Position numbers and translations under genes: made by a program. 64,000 nt of DNA from Candidatus Dormiibacterota bacterium (GTDB lineage Bacteria > Chloroflexota > Dormibacteria > Aeolococcales > Aeolococcaceae). Of this stretch, positions 42,641-53,336 are shown one piece after another. Every line of letters starts with the position of its first letter. The first letter of the stretch is position 1. The notes beneath the pieces were generated by a model. The model had not been told where the DNA came from. It was given only the letters and a program-made list of their open reading frames with translations, and ran no database searches. The stretch covers positions 340,211 through 404,210 of the forward strand of contig CAVWRW010000002.1 in the NCBI GenBank assembly GCA_963757475.1. Reading direction: 5' to 3'.

Positions 42641-43525
42641 GTGCGCGTGAAGCGGCGCATCGGTTCGATTGCAAAGTGGGCGGGTGACACCTACCCCGTA
42701 CGGCTCATCGCTGCATTTGGTTCGAGCCAGGCCGGGAACTACGCCTCCGGGCTCGCCTTCAACGCGTTTATCAGCATGTTTCCGCTCATCCTCGGGTTGC
42801 TCGCCATCCTCGGGTTTGCGACGCAGTCGTCCTCGACGAGCGAGCAGGTGCTCCGGGCGATCCTCAACTTCTTTCCCTCGGATGCGAACGCGGCGTTGCG
42901 ATCGGCGTTCGAGGGCGTGAAGCAGCATCCGGGGCTCCTTGGCGTCGTCAGCATCCTCGGCTTGCTGTGGAGCGGCAGCAGCTTCTTCACGTCGATGGAG
43001 TTCTCGCTTGGCATGGTCATCGGGACCCGGCAGCGCCCATTCCTGCGCCAGCGAGGCATGGCGCTCGTCATGACGATCCTTTTCGGGCTCTCGATGGTCA
43101 TCACCGTCGGCATCAACTCGTTGATCGCTCTCCCGGGCCTGGGATGGTTGTTCGAGCCCATCGTCGGGCTCGTCGTCTGGTACGCCTTCATGCTCGCTGT
43201 CTACCGCCTCGTGCCAAACCGCACGTACCGCATTCGCGATATGTGGCCGGGCATCCTCATCGCCGGCACTGCGATGGAGGCGCTGACGCTGCTCTGGCCC
43301 GTCTACGCGCGCTTGGCACACGGTTTCTCGACGTATGGATCCGTCCTCGGACTGTTCTTCGTCCTCGCCAGTTGGCTGTATTTTCTTGCCGAGTTCATCC
43401 TGCTCGGGGCGGTTGCGAACCGCCTGCACGCCGGCGAACCGGAAATGCGTGGTTTGCTCGCTGCGCGGGATCGGGGTCGAGCGCCGGTCGCGAGCGGGTC
43501 TCAGCCTGATGGCGGGGTTTCCTGA
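42641..43525 (+). CDS. YihY/BrkB-family (ribonuclease BN-like) membrane protein
   Basis: GLAFNAFISMFPLILGLLAILGF, about 6 TM segments, and the characteristic ..SWLYFLAEFILLGA.. near the C-terminus. Confidence 0.8.
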   Translation: MRVKRRIGSIAKWAGDTYPVRLIAAFGSSQAGNYASGLAFNAFISMFPLILGLLAILGFATQSSSTSEQVLRAILNFFPSDANAALRSAFEGVKQHPGLLGVVSILGLLWSGSSFFTSMEFSLGMVIGTRQRPFLRQRGMALVMTILFGLSMVITVGINSLIALPGLGWLFEPIVGLVVWYAFMLAVYRLVPNRTYRIRDMWPGILIAGTAMEALTLLWPVYARLAHGFSTYGSVLGLFFVLASWLYFLAEFILLGAVANRLHAGEPEMRGLLAARDRGRAPVASGSQPDGGVS

Positions 43526-43545
43526 TCGGGGCTCTGACGTATGAT

Positions 43546-43944
43546 GTGGGGGCTATGGCAATTAGTTCCCCGTCGACCGTCACGATCTCCGACACAGCCC
43601 GCGAGCAGCTCAAGGGCCTCATCGCCGACCAGCCGGCCGACCACACGCTCGGACTCCGGGTTTTCATCCAGTCCGGTGGGTGTTCTGGCTTCTCCTACGG
43701 AATGGGGCTGGACGAGAATCCGCCGCGTGAAGACGACCTCGTCGTCGACGTGGAAGGTGGCCTCAAGGTCTACGTGGACGCGTACTCCACGCAGTACCTG
43801 CAAGGCGCCGAGATCGACTACGTCGATGAGCTTATGGGGGGTGGATTCACCATCCACAATCCCAACGCGGTTCGGACCTGCGGCTGCGGGCATTCCTTCC
43901 AGACCGCAGACTCCGCCGGCGAAGCCAAGTCCTGCTCGCACTGA
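43546..43944 (+). CDS. A-type iron-sulfur cluster carrier (HesB/IscA/ErpA/SufA family)
   Basis: LRVFIQSGGCSGFSYGMGLD and the C-terminal NPNAVRTCGCGHSF signature. Confidence 0.9.
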   Translation: MGAMAISSPSTVTISDTAREQLKGLIADQPADHTLGLRVFIQSGGCSGFSYGMGLDENPPREDDLVVDVEGGLKVYVDAYSTQYLQGAEIDYVDELMGGGFTIHNPNAVRTCGCGHSFQTADSAGEAKSCSH

Positions 43945-43952
43945 ACTAAGGA

Positions 43953-44122
43953 GTTCGGGCCCAGGGGCGACGGCGGCTGCATCCCGCTGGACTCGCCGAT
44001 CTCGGCGTCAGCTCCGGCGGCACACTCGGTCACGCACTACAGGTGCGCTCCCTCGTGACCTTGTCGCTTCCTTGATCTCGGCGGCCCATCGGGCGCATCC
44101 ACCGTCGCCCCTGGGCCCGAAC
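43953..44122. repeat. 170-nt element bounded by a perfect 21-bp inverted repeat
   Basis: GTTCGGGCCCAGGGGCGACGG (43953-43973) is the exact reverse complement of 44102-44122, and pairing extends imperfectly inward for about 12 nt. The direct heptamer CTAAGGA occurs at 43946-43952 and 44127-44133. The element lies between convergent genes. Confidence 0.75.
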
Positions 44123-44169
44123 GGACCTAAGGAAATGGTCGCTTCCTCGCGACTCTTACCTGAGGTCCG

Positions 44170-45597
44170 CTAGGCGGCCGGCACCGCCGGATTTTGACCC
44201 GCCGTTTTGCTGCGCATCGTCGAGGCGGCGTCGTTGTCGCGGATGAAGAAGGCGACGCCGGCGCCGACCAGTGGCAACGCGGCGGCGGCCAGGAAGGCCA
44301 ATCGGAACGCGGTGGTGTTGCCGGCGAGCGGGGTGCCGCTGGACTGGAGGCCGACGATCGTCGCCAGGGCGGCGACGCCGAGGGCGGCCGCCAGTTGACG
44401 CTGTGCGTTGTAGAGCGCAGCCGCGCGTCCGGTGTCCCGCGGGGAGATCTGTGAAAACACGCCGGCGTTCATCGTGATGACGACGAATGCCCAGCCGACG
44501 CCCACCGCGAACATGTCGAGGCGGAAGAACCAGAGGCTCGCGTCGTTCATCAGCAGCGCCAGTAGCGACGTCGTGATCGTCACCGAGATCATGCCGCCTG
44601 TCACCAGGCGCCGCGGACCGACGATCGGATAGAGGCGACCGACAAGCTGGGAGGACATGAGCACGCCGAGCGCCTCGGGCGCAGTGCTCGAGCCTGACAC
44701 CAGGGCGGACAGCCCGCGGCCCGACTGCAGCCAGATCGGTGAGACGAACAGGAGTCCGAGGAAGCCGGCGGCACCGAACAGCGATGAGAGATTCATGACG
44801 CCGAAGAGGCGGTTGCCAAGGAGACGGAAGTCGATCATCGGAACGGCAGCGTGCAACTCCACCCAGAGGAGCGCCGCGATGAGCCCGGCTCCAGCGATGC
44901 CGGTGGTGAGGATCAGCGGCGACGTCCATCCGAGCGTGGCTGCCTCGCTGAGCGCATAGAGAAACAGACCGAACCCAGACGCAGCGAGCAGAAAGCCGGG
45001 GAGGTCGAATCGCTCGCCGGCGCGCGCTCGATGCTCGGGGAGTTTGAGCGCGCTGAACAGGAGCGCCGCGAGACCGATCGGCACGTTGACGAAGAACACC
45101 CAGCGCCACGACAGGCTGTCCACGAGCGCGCCGCCGACGAGCGGCCCCAGTGCGGGCGCCATCACGGTCGGGATGACGAGGATGCGGGCGAGACGGGCGC
45201 GCTGCGCCGGAGGGAAGGCCCGGTAGAGCATCGCCATCCCCGTGGGGGCAAGCATGCCGCCGCCCGCGCCTTGCAGCACGCGGAAGAGCACCAGCTCGAG
45301 GATCGACTGGGAGAGCCCGCAGAGTGCCGACGCACACGTGAAGAGCGTGATGGCGAGCATGAAGGTGCGCTTGGTGCCGAAACGATCCCCCACCCAGCCG
45401 GATGCGGGGATCCAGACCGCGAGGCTCACCAGGTAGCCGACGACGACCCCGTCGGTCGCCGGGGCGCTGACATCGAAACTGCGCGCGATCGCCGGCAGCG
45501 CGACGTACACGATCGTCGCGTCCATGATCGTCATGAACATCGCGACCACGTAGATGACCCCGATGACCTGCCGGGAGCTCAGCCGGAGCGCGCGCAT
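44170..45597 (-). CDS. MFS drug:H+ antiporter, DHA2 (14-TM, EmrB/QacA-like)
   Basis: The N-terminus VIGVIYVVAMFMTIMDATIVYVALPAIARSF is typical of DHA2. It is 475 aa with many TM segments. Confidence 0.9.
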   Translation of the reverse strand: MRALRLSSRQVIGVIYVVAMFMTIMDATIVYVALPAIARSFDVSAPATDGVVVGYLVSLAVWIPASGWVGDRFGTKRTFMLAITLFTCASALCGLSQSILELVLFRVLQGAGGGMLAPTGMAMLYRAFPPAQRARLARILVIPTVMAPALGPLVGGALVDSLSWRWVFFVNVPIGLAALLFSALKLPEHRARAGERFDLPGFLLAASGFGLFLYALSEAATLGWTSPLILTTGIAGAGLIAALLWVELHAAVPMIDFRLLGNRLFGVMNLSSLFGAAGFLGLLFVSPIWLQSGRGLSALVSGSSTAPEALGVLMSSQLVGRLYPIVGPRRLVTGGMISVTITTSLLALLMNDASLWFFRLDMFAVGVGWAFVVITMNAGVFSQISPRDTGRAAALYNAQRQLAAALGVAALATIVGLQSSGTPLAGNTTAFRLAFLAAAALPLVGAGVAFFIRDNDAASTMRSKTAGQNPAVPAA

Positions 45598-45695
45598 CCC
45601 GCAATCGTCGCGCAGCGGCGTCGCGCGGTGACCTGTGCCGCGGCAGCGCGGAGCAGCCCCCGTTTGGCTGCAGCCGCTGCGGGTAAGCTTGGCGC

Positions 45696-46154
45696 ATGGA
45701 AATCAAGGAGCTGGGGCACATCGTCCTGTACGTCCACAACATCGAGCGCTCTGCAGCATTTTACGGAGACGTCCTCGGCTGGAAGCAGCTCAAGCCGTCG
45801 TCGTCAGCGACGCTGGGACGGCTGCCGGTGGCCCTCTTCAGCAGCGGCCGGACGCATCACGAGCTGCTGCTCATCGAGGTCGGCGAGGACGCCCAACCAC
45901 TGCCCGCCGGTCGCCATGTCGGCCTGTACCACTTCGGTCTCAAGGTCGGCGATAGTGACGACGAGCTGCGCGATGCCGTGCGCCGCTGCGAGGAGTCGGG
46001 TGTGCGTGTCGTCGGTGCGAGCGATCACACCGTGACCCACAGCCTGTACATCATGGATCCGGACGGCAACGAGATTGAGCTGTACGTCGACGTGCCCGGT
46101 GTGAGCTGGGATCTGGACAATGTCATTGCGCCGGTCAAGGCGCTGGTTCTCTAA
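45696..46154 (+). CDS. VOC-family (glyoxalase/bleomycin resistance/extradiol dioxygenase fold) protein
   Basis: LGHIVLYVHNIERSAAFYGDVLGW, ..HHELLLIEV.., VGLYHFGLKV, HSLYIMDPDGNEIELY. Confidence 0.8.
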   Translation: MEIKELGHIVLYVHNIERSAAFYGDVLGWKQLKPSSSATLGRLPVALFSSGRTHHELLLIEVGEDAQPLPAGRHVGLYHFGLKVGDSDDELRDAVRRCEESGVRVVGASDHTVTHSLYIMDPDGNEIELYVDVPGVSWDLDNVIAPVKALVL

Positions 46155-46165
46155 GGAAGACGCGA

Positions 46166-47132
46166 ATGCCCGCTGTAACCGTCGCCGACATCACTGCTAT
46201 CCCGCACATCCCGCAGCCCGACCCGACGGCATCGACGATCCGCCCGGTGATCAGCGTCGCCACCGCGCCGCACGGGCTCGAGGGTGAGGGCTTTCCGGTG
46301 CGCCGCGCGTTCGCGGGCACCGACCCGGCGCTCATCGATCCCTTTATCCATATGGATCAGATGGGTGAGGTCGAGTACGCACCCGGCGAGCCGAAGGGCA
46401 CGCCGTGGCATCCGCATCGTGGCTTCGAGACGGTCACGTACATGATCGACGGCACCTTCCAGCATCAGGACTCCAATGGCGGTGGTGGTCTGATCACCAA
46501 CGGCGACACGCAGTGGATGACAGCAGGAGCGGGCATTCTCCACATCGAGCGTCCACCGGAGGACCTCATCGCCAGCGGGGGTCTCTTCCACGGCTTCCAG
46601 CTCTGGGTGAACCTTCCGGCCGCGCAGAAGTGGGTCCCCGCGCGTTATCAGGACATCCGCGCCGGCAACGTCGCGCTGCTGAGCTCGTACGATGGCGGCG
46701 CGCTGCTCCGCGTTATCGCGGGCGATGTTGCGGGACACAAAGGGCCGGGCGTCACGTACACGCCGATCTCGCTCGCGCACGTGACCGTGAGTCCCTGGAG
46801 CGCGCCTCGTGCTGCCGTGGCCGCGCGATTTCAACGCTCTGATCTACGTGCTCGCGGGCAGCGGCACCGTCGGGGAGGAGCAGCGGCCCATCCAGTCAGG
46901 CCAGCTGGCCGCCCTCGGCGCCGGCGACGTCATCGTCGCGACCGCGGGCACGCATCAGGAGAGCCGCCATCCCAATCTCGACCTGCTCATCCTCGGCGGC
47001 CGGCCGATCCGCGAGCCTGTGGCTCACTACGGTCCCTTCGTGATGAACACGCATGCCGAGATCGCGCAAGCGCTTGCCGACTACCAGGCCGGCAAGATGG
47101 GCGCGGTGCCGGCGGACCACATCGGCAACTGA
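46166..47132 (+). pseudogene. Pirin-family protein, one frameshift as sequenced
   Basis: The cupin metal site is PWHPHRGFETVTYMIDG, with GDTQWMTAGAGILHIE. After an extra base at ~46796, the C-terminal cupin continues (LPWPRDFNALIYVLAGSG..HYGPFVMNT). Confidence 0.85.
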
Positions 47133-47150
47133 CCCGGGACAGGCTCCTGC

Positions 47151-48590
47151 CTACAGTCCGTAGGTCTCGAGGAGCCGCAGCCAGATCTCGCTCATCGTCG
47201 GGTACGACGGAACCGCGTGCCAGAGGCGGTCGAGCGGCACCTCGCCGACGACCGCGACCGTCGCTGCGTGGAGCAGGTCACTGACGCCGGGGCCGCTGAA
47301 GGTGACGCCGACGATGACCCTGCGATCCTCATCGACGGTCATGCGGGCGTGGCCCTTGTAACCGTCCGCCATGAGGGAGCCGCCCGAGACGTCGCCGATC
47401 TCGAAGTCGACCGAGCGGACGTTCAGGCCGGCACTGACCGCGCGCTCGTGGGTGAGGCCCACGGATGCCACCTCGGGATCGGTGAACACGACCTGCGGCA
47501 CGCTCGCGTGGTCCGCGGTCGCGGCGAACGCCGACCAGGCCGGAGGATCACCTGCCAGATCTCCCTTGGCGCGAGCGGCGATCGCATCGCCACACGCACG
47601 CGCCTGGTACTTCCCCATGTGGGTCAACAGCGCACGGTGGTTCACGTCTCCCGCGGCGTAGAGCCAGTCGCTCTCCAGGACCCGGCAGGTGTCGTCGACG
47701 TTCAGCCACATCCCGGGGCGCAGGCCAACCGTGTCGAGTCCGATGTCGTCGGAGCGAGGGGAGCGACCGGCGGCGACGAGCAACTGGTCGCCGATGAGCG
47801 TTCTGCCCCCGCTGATCTCGACGCTGATCTCACCGCCCGCGGCGCGCGTCACCTTTTCGGTGGTCACGCCGAGGAGCACCGAGATACCGCGCTCCTCGAA
47901 CGATGCGCGGACGGCTTCACCTGCGAAATCCTCCGTATTCACGAGGAGGCGCGGATCGCGAACGATGAGCGTGACCTCCTCGCTGCCGAGCGTCCGCCAG
48001 GCGTCGGCCATCTCGCAACCGACGACGCCGCCACCGAGGATGAGCAGCCGGCGCGGCACCTCCGTTGCGCTCGTCGCTTCGTGGCTCGTCCACACGGCCG
48101 CGGTCTCGAGCCCCGGGATCGGCGGCATCGAAGCCTTGCTCCCCGTGCACACCGCCACCGCGTGGCGAGCTCGCAGGGTGAAGGGGTCGCCGGAATTCGG
48201 GGTCACGCTCACCGCCTTCTCGCCGGCGAGCCGGCCCCTGCCTCGGGCGAGATCGATATGGGTGCGTTCGAGCCAGCGGACCTGCCCCTCGTCGTTCCAG
48301 TGCGACGCGAACGAATCGCGACGGCGAAGCACAGCTTGGCTGTCGATCTGGCCGGTGATCGCCTGGCGGGCTCCGTCGACGGCCAGCGCTGCCCGCAGTG
48401 CTTGACCGCTGCGGAGGAGTGCCTTGCTCGGCATGCATGCCCAGTACGAGCAATCGCCGCCCACGAGTTCGTTCTCGACGACGGCGCAGGTGAGCCCGCC
48501 CCGGACCGCGCGTGCTGCGACGTTCTCGCCGGTCGACCCGGCCCCGATGACGATCACGTCGTATTCAGCGTCGCGATTGATCTCGGGCAC
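47151..48590 (-). CDS. FAD-dependent pyridine nucleotide-disulfide oxidoreductase (dihydrolipoyl dehydrogenase family)
   Basis: DVIVIGAGSTGE, the redox-active pair GGDCSYWACMPSK, a second Rossmann motif LLILGGGVVGCE, and a C-terminal dimerisation domain. Confidence 0.85.
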   Translation of the reverse strand: MPEINRDAEYDVIVIGAGSTGENVAARAVRGGLTCAVVENELVGGDCSYWACMPSKALLRSGQALRAALAVDGARQAITGQIDSQAVLRRRDSFASHWNDEGQVRWLERTHIDLARGRGRLAGEKAVSVTPNSGDPFTLRARHAVAVCTGSKASMPPIPGLETAAVWTSHEATSATEVPRRLLILGGGVVGCEMADAWRTLGSEEVTLIVRDPRLLVNTEDFAGEAVRASFEERGISVLLGVTTEKVTRAAGGEISVEISGGRTLIGDQLLVAAGRSPRSDDIGLDTVGLRPGMWLNVDDTCRVLESDWLYAAGDVNHRALLTHMGKYQARACGDAIAARAKGDLAGDPPAWSAFAATADHASVPQVVFTDPEVASVGLTHERAVSAGLNVRSVDFEIGDVSGGSLMADGYKGHARMTVDEDRRVIVGVTFSGPGVSDLLHAATVAVVGEVPLDRLWHAVPSYPTMSEIWLRLLETYGL

Positions 48591-48632
48591 GGCTACGCCT
48601 CCCTGGGTGTCGTCGGGGCTGAACCGGCAGGT

Positions 48633-49668
48633 TCAGCCGGCGTGGATCGGCTCGCGCGTCGCCGGTGTGGGCGTCCCCAGCACGTCCAGCGGCGGGGCGG
48701 CCTCGGGCTCGGCGGCCTTGCGGCGCCGAAAGAGCAGCGTGCTGCCGATTCCGGCGACCGGAAGCGAGACCGCGAGGTCGATGGCCTGGAGCGTGAGGGC
48801 CGCGCTCACGGCGCTGTCGGCACCCATACCCTCGAGGATCAGCGCTCCCGCCCACCAGGCCTGGCCGGTACCGATGCCGGCGATGCCCTGGATCGGGATC
48901 GTGAGCAGCAGCGTGCGGATCGACAGGACGAACCAGGTCTGCCACAGGCCTAGGTTGACATCCACCATGTGCAGGAGCGCGGTGTACTGGATCACGGTGG
49001 CGACGCGGCAGAAGATCGTGCTCGCGAGGAGGTTCGCCCACCGCGCCCGGCTGTTGAGCTCCTCGAGCTCGGCCTCCGCCCGCGCGGCGAGGCCGCCGAG
49101 CCGGGGAATCCGACCCGCGAGCCGCGTCACGAGGGTACGAGGGCCCGGAATGATGAGTGCCAGCAGCGCCCCGACCCCGACAACGAATACGGCGGCCGCG
49201 AGCAGGATCACCGGCGTCGGCTCGACCTGGGCCGTGAAGAACGACGCGACCACGGCGATGAGTGCGAGGCTGACCGCGTCCAGCACTCTCGCCACGATCG
49301 CGCTCCCCGAGCCCGCGGGCGACCCCGACAGCGAACCGGGTGCGGGCCAGAGCCACGAAGGTGACGTCGGCGGAGGGACCCGGCAGGAGCAGGCCGGCAC
49401 CCCAGGAGGCGGCGGTGGCGCCGAGTAGCTCGCGTGAGCTGCCATCACGCCGTGGAAGCAGCGCTCCGAACCGCCACGCACGACCCACGAGGAAGCACGC
49501 CGCGCCGAACCCCGCCATCGCGACGGACGCTACGGAAAGGTTGACCCCATGAAAGCTGAGGCCGTGGCCGAGCAGACGCCACACCAGCACAAGCACCAGC
49601 ACGGTGACGACGGTTGTGATCGCAGCGCGGATCAGTAGCCCGCGGCGAGCATGACCGGAGTCCGACAC
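48633..49668 (-). pseudogene. UPF0104 / LPG_synthase_TM ('flippase-like') integral membrane protein, one frameshift as sequenced
   Basis: It is polytopic (..AITTVVTVLVLVLVW.., ..ALIAVVASFFTAQV.., ..TLLLTIPIQGIAGIGTGQAWWAGALIL..). The frame changes near 49305. The family call is by pattern only. It is divergent from sqdB. Confidence 0.6.
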
Positions 49669-49795
49669 GGTTAAGGATTGTCACTCTTTTGACCCGGGCC
49701 GAGTCCCGGAAATGGCCAGCGGGCCCACCGTGTTGACATAATCCCAGTCGATAACCCCTTAGAAAGGTCTTCCTCACGAAGGTCGCAGGGTATGA

Positions 49796-51040
<1,245 letters not shown>

Positions 51041-51045
51041 CGCCG

Positions 51046-51789
51046 GTGGCGCTACGCGAGGTGGACGTCAGTCTCACCATTCCGGCCCACAACGAGGCCG
51101 AGAATATCGGCCGCGTCCTGCAGGACGTGATGAAGGTGCTGTCCCAGGGCGGCCGCACCTACGAGATCGTGCTGGTCGACGACGCGAGCCACGACGACAC
51201 GGTCGCGGCCGCGCGGACGGCGATGGGCGCCGATGCGAGCAACCTCACCGTCGTGTCGCACAAGCAGCAGCGCGGTTACGCGATCACGGTATGCGACGGC
51301 TTGCGTGCCTCTCGGGGCAAAGTGCTCGCGTTCATGGACGGTGACGGGCAGTTCGATCCCGCCGATCTCGGGCGGCTGATCACCATGCTGGATAACGCGG
51401 ATTTCGTCGCGGGCATCCGCAAGCGTCGTGCCGATCCCTGGTACCGTTCGTTCGTCAGCGGCGTGTACAACCGCGTCGTCCGGCTCTCGTTCGGGATTCG
51501 CGAGCGCGATTTCGACTGCGGGCTGAAAACATTCACGCGCGAGGTCTGGAACGGCGTGACCCCCATTCAAGCGCGCTCTGCGGTGTTCAATCCCGAGATG
51601 TTTTTCAAGGCGCACCGACTCGGCTTCAAGGTTGTGCAGACCCAGGTCGAGCATCTGCCGCGGATTGCAGGCGTGCGTTCGGGCGGTCGCCTCATCCCCG
51701 TGGCGCGTGCGATGCGCGACGTCATCCGGTTGCGGATCTGGCTGGCGATGCACTGGCGACCGGAGGGTGCCCGCCCGGAGCGCGTGTAG
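51046..51789 (+). CDS. Family 2 glycosyltransferase, polyprenyl-phosphate glycosyltransferase-like (DPM1/ArnC/GtrB type)
   Basis: SLTIPAHNEAENI, EIVLVDDASHDDT, FMDGDGQFDP (DxD region), ..GLKTFTRE.. It starts 5 nt after the sqdB stop, and its stop shares a base with the next start. Confidence 0.85.
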   Translation: MALREVDVSLTIPAHNEAENIGRVLQDVMKVLSQGGRTYEIVLVDDASHDDTVAAARTAMGADASNLTVVSHKQQRGYAITVCDGLRASRGKVLAFMDGDGQFDPADLGRLITMLDNADFVAGIRKRRADPWYRSFVSGVYNRVVRLSFGIRERDFDCGLKTFTREVWNGVTPIQARSAVFNPEMFFKAHRLGFKVVQTQVEHLPRIAGVRSGGRLIPVARAMRDVIRLRIWLAMHWRPEGARPERV

Positions 51790-53336
51790 TGATCAGGGTG
51801 TCCAGGTCCGCGGTGCCTGGATTGCTCACCCTCATCGTCCTTCGTCTGCCGTCGCTGATGGAGCCGCACTGGTACACGGACGAAGCGGGCTACGTCAACG
51901 TCGCTCGCTCGCTGCTCAACGGCAAGATCCTCTACTCGCAGACCTGGAACAACAAGCCGCCCTTGATGCTCTGGACCATCGCCGGTGAGGTGAAGCTGTT
52001 CGGCTCCAGCGAGATCGGTCTGCACGTCCTCACCCTGATCACAGGATTGCTGACCGTCGGTGCGGTCATCTGGGCTGCCGAACGCTTGTACACGCCGCGC
52101 CGAGCCATGGTTGCGGGGATCATCGCCGCCGTGTTGCTCGGTCTGCCGCTGCTCGATGCGGAGCTGGCGATTCCCGAGAGCTTGATGATCGCGCCGATCA
52201 CGTGGGCGGGCGCGATCGTCCTCGTGCGCATCTTGCGCGGCGATCGCACGCCACCGACGCAGCGCATCCCTCGCTGGCCGGTGCTCGTCGGCCTGCTGAT
52301 GGCGGCGGCCATCGCATACCAGCAGACGTCGGTCGCCGAGACGTCTGCGTTCTGCCTGGCGATGCTGCTCGCGCCAAAGCTGTTGCGCCGTGACGCGTTC
52401 ATCTTCGCCGGCACCGTCGCGCTCATCACCGCCACCTGGCTGATCGCAGCGATCATCACGGCCGGGCTCAACGACGTCGCGTTCGCACTTGCCGGGTTCT
52501 ACATCGGGTACACGCAGATGGCGCTGCCCTCGTCGGCCTCCGCCGCCCTGGCGCACTTCGCGCTCGCGGGCTTGGCGACTTTGCTCATCGCGGCGGGGGC
52601 CGTCCTGGCTCGGGAACGGACACGGCTCGACTGGGTGCTGCTGCTCTGGGCGGGCGCGACGCTCGTCGTGACGGCCGTTGCCGGGCAACCCTTTCCGCAT
52701 TTCCTGGAGCCCGCCGTGGCACCGCTCACCCTCCTCGTCGCAGGCGTATCGGTTCCGCTGCCGGCTCGGCTCCGCGACGGCGGCTGGAGACCCGCGGCAC
52801 ACGTCGCCCCTGAGATCGCCGGGGTGGCCATCGCATCGCTGATGGCATCGGTGGCAGGGCTTGACTGGCTGCCATTGGTCACGTTCACGCCCGGCTCGAC
52901 GCATTCACTGAGCCAGTACTACGGTGGCGCCGTGCAGGCGGTGCTCAGCTCGGCCGACCGAACGCAGTGGGACGACAACTTCGACTTTCGGGTGGCTGGC
53001 GACGCGGCTGTCGTGAGGTGGCTTGCCGCGAACGGGTTGCGTGGTTCGACCGCTGCGGTGTGGTCATCGGACGCCTGGGTCTACGCGCTGGCGGACCTCC
53101 AGATCGTGATGCCGACGCCGCCGATCTACAACGACGAGGTCCTGCTCGGCTTCAGCGGTCCGGTGGAGGCGTATGTGGCGAGCGCCCGTCCCGTCGTGAT
53201 CGTGACGTCGCAGGACTCGATCCAGGCGTACCCGGAGATCGGCCAGCTGCTCGACGGCGTCCGGTACGTCAATGAGTTCCAGAGCTACCCGGACGCCGTA
53301 TGGGTGCGCTCGGACATGGCCACGCCTCGGTCGTGA
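51789..53336 (+). CDS. Polytopic membrane glycosyltransferase, GT-C fold candidate (ArnT/PMT_2-like), paralog 1
   Basis: The first-loop acidic motif is EPHWYTDEAGYVNVARSL, followed by NNKPPLMLW. It has about 10 or more TM segments and a soluble C-terminal domain. Confidence 0.7.
   Translation: MIRVSRSAVPGLLTLIVLRLPSLMEPHWYTDEAGYVNVARSLLNGKILYSQTWNNKPPLMLWTIAGEVKLFGSSEIGLHVLTLITGLLTVGAVIWAAERLYTPRRAMVAGIIAAVLLGLPLLDAELAIPESLMIAPITWAGAIVLVRILRGDRTPPTQRIPRWPVLVGLLMAAAIAYQQTSVAETSAFCLAMLLAPKLLRRDAFIFAGTVALITATWLIAAIITAGLNDVAFALAGFYIGYTQMALPSSASAALAHFALAGLATLLIAAGAVLARERTRLDWVLLLWAGATLVVTAVAGQPFPHFLEPAVAPLTLLVAGVSVPLPARLRDGGWRPAAHVAPEIAGVAIASLMASVAGLDWLPLVTFTPGSTHSLSQYYGGAVQAVLSSADRTQWDDNFDFRVAGDAAVVRWLAANGLRGSTAAVWSSDAWVYALADLQIVMPTPPIYNDEVLLGFSGPVEAYVASARPVVIVTSQDSIQAYPEIGQLLDGVRYVNEFQSYPDAVWVRSDMATPRS

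Noticed and set aside
43818-44033. A 71-aa minus-strand ORF inside the inverted-repeat element.
   Set aside because: It overlaps the 3' end of the Fe-S carrier gene, has no RBS or family signal, and is better explained as non-coding sequence of the repeat element.
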